From an uncultured Gemmatimonadales bacterium (GTDB lineage: Bacteria; Gemmatimonadota; Gemmatimonadetes; Gemmatimonadales; Gemmatimonadaceae), in the NCBI GenBank assembly GCA_963707505.1, contig CAVPQB010000006.1:224001-288000 (forward strand): a stretch of 64,000 bases of DNA, written 5' to 3'. How positions within the stretch are numbered: the stretch's first letter is position 1; the number at the start of each line of letters is the position of its first letter. Shown here one piece after another: positions 59,308-64,000 of the stretch. The notes under the pieces were generated by a model. That model had not been told where the DNA came from, did not search any database, and worked only from the letters and a program-made list of their open reading frames with translations. A program made the position numbers and the translations under genes.

Positions 59308-60077
59308 CGACAACTGCTCTCATCGTTCGATATCTGGACGATTTGCTGGAAACCGAGTCTGTACCGGATTATCCAAACGCCTTGAATGGACTCCAACTGG
59401 CGAACAGCGGTTCCGTAAATCGAGTGGCAGCTGCAGTGGACTTTTCGTTACGCACAGTCATGGCTGCAGCCGAGGCTGATGCGAATCTGTTGATAGTGCA
59501 TCACGGAATGTTCTGGAGCGGACTACAACCAATACGCGGAAAGTACTTCGATCGAATCCGCGCACTCCTGGCGCGCGACATCGCGGTCTATTCATCCCAC
59601 CTGCCGCTCGATCGACATGCACTCTACGGGAATAACGCGCTACTTGCCGCCGAGCTTGGACTGGAGCCGTCTGCTGAGTTCGCTCGTTTCAAGACGATAT
59701 CGATCGGCGTATCCGGTGAGAGTGACGTCGCAACGACAGAGCTTGCAGCACGTGCGGACGTCTTCGCGAGATCGCACGGTGGCTCAGCACGAACCACACC
59801 GATCGACTCGGGACGCAGAACGCATGCGTGGGCGATCTGCACGGGTGCCGGTGCGAGCACCGAAACCCTGAACGAAGCGCGTGATCGTGGCATCGACACA
59901 CTGATCGTCGGCGAGGGACCGCACCACAGTGCGGTGGACGCGGACGAGAGCGGTATCACTGTCATATACGCAGGCCATTATGCTACAGAAACGCTCGGTG
60001 TACGCGCGCTTGCAGCCCACATTTCGGATCGTTTCGGTGTGCCATGGACATTTATAGAGGCACCAACGGGTCTCTGA
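59304..60077 (+). CDS. Nif3/YbgI-like dinuclear metal center protein
   Basis: DYPNALNGLQ, LIVHHG, SHLPLDRH, AGHYATETLG. Confidence 0.92.
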   Translation: MTTTALIVRYLDDLLETESVPDYPNALNGLQLANSGSVNRVAAAVDFSLRTVMAAAEADANLLIVHHGMFWSGLQPIRGKYFDRIRALLARDIAVYSSHLPLDRHALYGNNALLAAELGLEPSAEFARFKTISIGVSGESDVATTELAARADVFARSHGGSARTTPIDSGRRTHAWAICTGAGASTETLNEARDRGIDTLIVGEGPHHSAVDADESGITVIYAGHYATETLGVRALAAHISDRFGVPWTFIEAPTGL

Positions 60078-60081
60078 TCAG

Positions 60082-61524
60082 GTGAGCGACGTCGCACTCG
60101 AGCTGGCGTCGATCACCAAGCGCTTTGGCCGGTTGACAGCGCTGAATGCTGCGTCGCTGCGAGCGCGGCGCGGAACTGTCCACGCGTTGCTCGGCGAGAA
60201 CGGCGCTGGTAAGACGACACTCATGCGCATCGCATTCGGGATGCTGCGACCCGACTCGGGCAACATTGCCGTTGACGGCACCGATCGTTCATTCGCATCA
60301 CCTGCCGATGCGATAGGCGCCGGGATCGGGATGGTACATCAGCACTTTACGCTGGTTCCGGCAATGACAGTCGCCGAAAATATTGCGCTGGGTGGCCGAG
60401 GTAGTTTTCGTCTCACACAAACTCGCGACGCGATTCTGGCGTTGTCCGAGCGGACAGGACTCGCAGTCGATCCGTCTGCGCGGATCGAAGATCTTCCGGC
60501 CGGGGCGCAACAGAGAGTCGAAATTCTCAAGGCGCTGTCTCGCGATACGAGAATACTCATACTGGATGAGCCTACCGCGGTGTTGACTCCAACCGAGTCG
60601 AGGGAGCTGCTTCAAAAGGCGCGAGAGCTGGTAAGCAATGGCGGAACTGCGATCCTCATAACACACAAGCTTCGCGATGCACTGGAATTTGCGGACGACA
60701 TCACAGTCCTGAGACGTGGCTCGACCGTGTGGAGCGGACCAGCGTCCGAAGCAACGCAGGAGACTCTTGTCGCTGCCATGTTGGGTGGAGAGCGAACGCT
60801 CACAGACAGGGAACCGGTCACCGGAACCGCAACCGCTCGTAGCGCTACTGTTCTCTCCTTGGAAAACGTTGGTGTTCGCGACGCGGGTGGCGTGGACCGG
60901 CTCACGTCGGTCACACTTGCCGTTCACGCGGGAGAAATAGTTGGGATCGCGGCTGTGGAGGGAAATGGACAGCGCGAATTGCTACGCGTTCTTGCCGGAC
61001 GAATGCGCGCCAGTAGCGGCGACGTCAGAATCCCGGCCGTGGTTGGCTTCATTCCGGAAGACCGGCATCGCGATGCGTTGATCCAGGATTTCTCGCTGCG
61101 CGACAACGTTGCCCTGCTCGGTGCAAGCACTCGGCGCGGAGTGATGAGCTGGGCCGCCATCGGTAAGCAAACCCGTGAGCTCATTCGGGATTACGACGTA
61201 CGGGCTCCCGACGAGCTCACGCCAGCTCGGTCGCTTTCGGGTGGCAATCAACAGAAATTGGTCGTTGGACGGGAAATCGACGGGTCGCAGACCGCGCTGG
61301 TTGCGGAGAATCCGTCGCGTGGACTCGACGTACAGGCAACCGCAGCAGTACATGCACGTATTCTCGCGGCGCGTGATGCAGGCATGGCTGTCGTGATCTA
61401 CTCATCGGACCTGGACGAGGTTCTCGCGCTCGCCGAGCGTGTAGTCGTAGTGCACGCGGGGAAGGTGACGGAGCCGTCTCGTGAATACGAGTCGATCGGC
61501 AGAGCGATGCTCGGGCTGCCCTAA
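60082..61524 (+). CDS. CUT2-type ABC transporter ATP-binding protein (two NBDs)
   Basis: GENGAGKTT, GMVHQHF, ILDEPTAVL, LSGGNQQK, SSDLDE. Confidence 0.93.
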   Translation: MSDVALELASITKRFGRLTALNAASLRARRGTVHALLGENGAGKTTLMRIAFGMLRPDSGNIAVDGTDRSFASPADAIGAGIGMVHQHFTLVPAMTVAENIALGGRGSFRLTQTRDAILALSERTGLAVDPSARIEDLPAGAQQRVEILKALSRDTRILILDEPTAVLTPTESRELLQKARELVSNGGTAILITHKLRDALEFADDITVLRRGSTVWSGPASEATQETLVAAMLGGERTLTDREPVTGTATARSATVLSLENVGVRDAGGVDRLTSVTLAVHAGEIVGIAAVEGNGQRELLRVLAGRMRASSGDVRIPAVVGFIPEDRHRDALIQDFSLRDNVALLGASTRRGVMSWAAIGKQTRELIRDYDVRAPDELTPARSLSGGNQQKLVVGREIDGSQTALVAENPSRGLDVQATAAVHARILAARDAGMAVVIYSSDLDEVLALAERVVVVHAGKVTEPSREYESIGRAMLGLP

Positions 61525-61525
61525 C

Positions 61526-62428
61526 GTGACGGAGACAATGGCGTTCGTTGTCGACATGCTGGTACACGCGACACCGCTGGTGATAACGGGTCTCGCCGTC
61601 GCGCTAGCCTTCCGTGCAGGAGTATGGAACATCGGCGCAGATGGTCAGTTCATCGCCGGTGCGACGGCAGCTGCGTGGGTCGGCGTTTCCGCGCCGCCAG
61701 GGATCGGGTGGCTTGCACTGATAATCGCTCTGATCGCGGGCGTGGTTGCCGGCGCAATATGGGCTGCCATGGCGGCGTGGCTGCGATCGCGCTTCGGCGT
61801 ACTTGAAGTGATCAGTACGATAATGCTCAATTTCATTGCTACATACGGCGCGTCGTTCCTGGTACGCGGTCCTTTGCAGGAACCAACGCATGTCTACCCC
61901 CAGACCAGTGGCATAGTGAACGGTGCGCACATGCCAATTCTTCTAGCCGGAACGAGGTTGCACTGGGGATTTGTCATTGCAGTAGCTCTTGCGGTGATAG
62001 CGTGGTGGGTGATGAAGTATTCAGCAATGGGCTTCAGAGTGAGAGCGAGTGGTGTCAATCCTTTTGCAGCTCGAAGTGCTGGTCTTATCGATGTGCCCAG
62101 GGTGACGGCGGTTGCATTCGTCGTGAGTGGAGCAATCGCAGGAATGGCTGGAGCGATCGAGGTATCGGGTGTAACGTTTGCCCTGTACGAAAACATCTCA
62201 CCCGGGTATGGCTATACGGCGATCGCAGTGGCGCTTCTGGCGGGACTCAATCCACTCGGGGTAATCGGTACCGGAATTCTGTTTGGCGCACTCGAGACTG
62301 CCGCCGGCGCCATGCAGCGTAACGTCGGGATTCCATCTACCACAGCGTCAGTGATCGAAGCCATCGTAATTCTGGCAGTCATCGCAATTGCGCAACTTCG
62401 GGCCAACAGAGTGCCAGGAACCGCATGA
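61526..62428 (+). CDS. Nucleoside-type ABC transporter permease
   Basis: ATPLVITGLAVALAFRAGVWNIGADGQ, EVISTIMLN, GYGYTAIAVALL. Confidence 0.9.
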   Translation: MTETMAFVVDMLVHATPLVITGLAVALAFRAGVWNIGADGQFIAGATAAAWVGVSAPPGIGWLALIIALIAGVVAGAIWAAMAAWLRSRFGVLEVISTIMLNFIATYGASFLVRGPLQEPTHVYPQTSGIVNGAHMPILLAGTRLHWGFVIAVALAVIAWWVMKYSAMGFRVRASGVNPFAARSAGLIDVPRVTAVAFVVSGAIAGMAGAIEVSGVTFALYENISPGYGYTAIAVALLAGLNPLGVIGTGILFGALETAAGAMQRNVGIPSTTASVIEAIVILAVIAIAQLRANRVPGTA

Positions 62429-63342
62429 TCGACGGGACCTCTGCATTTCTCGAGGGCGTTGTGCGCACCGCCACTCCACTCGCGTTGGCAGCACTTGGCG
62501 AGACCGTTACCGAGCGGAGTGGCATCATAAATATCGGGCTGGAGGGAAGCATCATCGCCGGCGCGTTGGGTGCGGTCGTCGGTGCGGGATACGGTGGAGT
62601 CTGGGCTGGCTTCGCGTTCGCGGCAGTCTGCGGTTGCGCGGTCGCCGCCATCTTCGCCTTGTTTGCTGTCACACTGCGTGCGGATCAGATCATATCCGGC
62701 ACGGCTGTCACTTTGCTCGCGTTGGGTGGAACGGGAACACTGTATCGTATCCTGTACGGAAGTGCCGGTGCCGCTCTCAATACGCCTACTCTTGATCCGA
62801 CGCCAATACCAGTGCTATCGCAGATTCCGGTGGTTGGCCGCGCATTATTTGTGCAGCCATCGATCACGTACGTGCTTTACGTGCTCGTTCCAGGGGTCAT
62901 GTGGTGGACCTACCGGACGCATGCCGGCCTCGGCCTGCGCGCGATTGGTGAGAATCCAGCGGCGGCGATAGCCGCTGGTATCCGCGCGAAGCAAGTGCAA
63001 TTTCTTGCAGTGCTGTTTGGTGGGTTGCTCGGAGGCATAAGTGGAGGCACGCTCGTACTTGCACAGGCTGGCACTTTCGTCGAAGGCATGTCTGCTGGAC
63101 GCGGCTTCATCGCCATCGCGATAGTTGTTCTCGGCCGATGGAACCCGCTCGGTGCTGCGCTTGCTGCGCTCGTGTTCGGCGCCGCAAGCGCGTTGCAATT
63201 TTTCTTTCAGGCGACCGGGAGTAATCTGCCATATCAGCTATTTCTCGCCTTTCCGTACGTGCTCACTCTCGTGGCACTCGCGGCTACGCGCGGACGAACC
63301 AACTCGCCGGCGGCACTTGGAAGACAGGACTTCGAGAGCTAG
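62425..63342 (+). CDS. Nucleoside-type ABC transporter permease
   Basis: ATPLALAALGETVTERSGIINIGLEG, GENP.AA, GRGFIAIA, PYVLT, PAALG. Confidence 0.92.
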   Translation: MIDGTSAFLEGVVRTATPLALAALGETVTERSGIINIGLEGSIIAGALGAVVGAGYGGVWAGFAFAAVCGCAVAAIFALFAVTLRADQIISGTAVTLLALGGTGTLYRILYGSAGAALNTPTLDPTPIPVLSQIPVVGRALFVQPSITYVLYVLVPGVMWWTYRTHAGLGLRAIGENPAAAIAAGIRAKQVQFLAVLFGGLLGGISGGTLVLAQAGTFVEGMSAGRGFIAIAIVVLGRWNPLGAALAALVFGAASALQFFFQATGSNLPYQLFLAFPYVLTLVALAATRGRTNSPAALGRQDFES

Positions 63343-63394
63343 GGGACGGAGTCGGGACGGAGTGGGGACGGACTCCGCACGGGCCGGGACGGAA

Positions 63395-64000
63395 TCAACG
63401 ATTGAATCCAACGTACAACATCCGCGTGTCCATCCCCGGGTTCACGCGCCCAGTGTCACCGTTCGATATGTGCTGCAATCTGAATCCAAAGGTGACAGTT
63501 CCGAAGCTGGAATGGACATACAGCCCTGTATGGCCATCCGCGAGGAAGTTGAACCGTGTTTCATCAGGATCCGGAATGCGGCGATCGAAGTACGCAGCTC
63601 CGCCGCCCCCGCCAAGGACGATGCCGGTCCTCTCTGACAGATGCAGCGTGGCTTCAGCGGCGACCGGAATCAGACCAGCTCCGAACGCCGTCTTCTTGTA
63701 GGGCAGGAGCCCAATTCCGCCTCCATCGTAAAACACCGTTTTGTATTCCCTGTTTGCCGTCGCGATTACTGCCGGAACCAGCGTTGGAGTGAAGCTTACT
63801 TCGCCGAATCGCCACCGGCCGATTAACCGCGTAGCACTGATGCCGGCCACATAGAGCGCACGGTCTTCCATGTGACCTACACGCGTTTTGATAGGCTCGT
63901 GAGTTCCACCAGCGAACCATGCCCCAAAAGACCAGTGATGGTCCAGGCGACGGTCGATCGAACTCGAGTCAACCGCTGGGGCCGGCACACCACAAGTCGC
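63395..64000 (-). CDS. pagL: Lipid A 3-O-deacylase / acyloxyacyl hydrolase-like beta-barrel (5' end outside the window)
   Basis: RFNF...RLQHISNG...NPGMD and C-terminal aromatic strand; frame stays open to the window edge. Confidence 0.8.
   Translation of the reverse strand, partial: ATCGVPAPAVDSSSIDRRLDHHWSFGAWFAGGTHEPIKTRVGHMEDRALYVAGISATRLIGRWRFGEVSFTPTLVPAVIATANREYKTVFYDGGGIGLLPYKKTAFGAGLIPVAAEATLHLSERTGIVLGGGGGAAYFDRRIPDPDETRFNFLADGHTGLYVHSSFGTVTFGFRLQHISNGDTGRVNPGMDTRMLYVGFNR

Noticed and set aside
1..64000. CRISPR array, rRNA or tRNA genes
   Set aside because: No regularly spaced repeats with unique spacers and no recognisable rRNA or tRNA motifs were seen by eye

Overview
This is GC-rich bacterial chromosomal DNA. 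Gene content and order suggest Gemmatimonadota, which is an inference. From left to right the window holds: (1) the end of a flagellar cluster (flgI 3' end, flgJ, flgN, flgK, csrA, a pseudo-histidine kinase, motAB), then a membrane Ser/Thr kinase, alkA and a TPR protein; (2) an accessory tract at about 10.1-22 kb that opens with an internally deleted integron-integrase relic and continues with short, mostly co-oriented cassette-type genes (RibD-C, DUF1801, VOC, YciI, GNAT, DinB, methyltransferases); (3) a decaying RHS polymorphic-toxin locus at about 22.3-27.2 kb with an intact toxin tip/immunity pair and an orphan RHS core; (4) housekeeping and envelope genes (M16 pair, M28, murB, msrA, a KdpD/E-like pair, Tat-signal TldD with PmbA, PD40 protein, ABC-F), an islet of small orphan membrane/lipoprotein genes and a tandem P19/FetP-like metal-binding lipoprotein; (5) an origin-proximal-looking block (mnmG, KirBac, SIMPL, parA, parB, DnaA boxes), followed by a BMP/Nif3/nucleoside ABC operon and pagL. 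Many genes carry 1-nt frameshifts that are probably long-read consensus errors. I saw no rRNA, tRNA or CRISPR array. All product calls come from motif recognition by eye, not from database searches.
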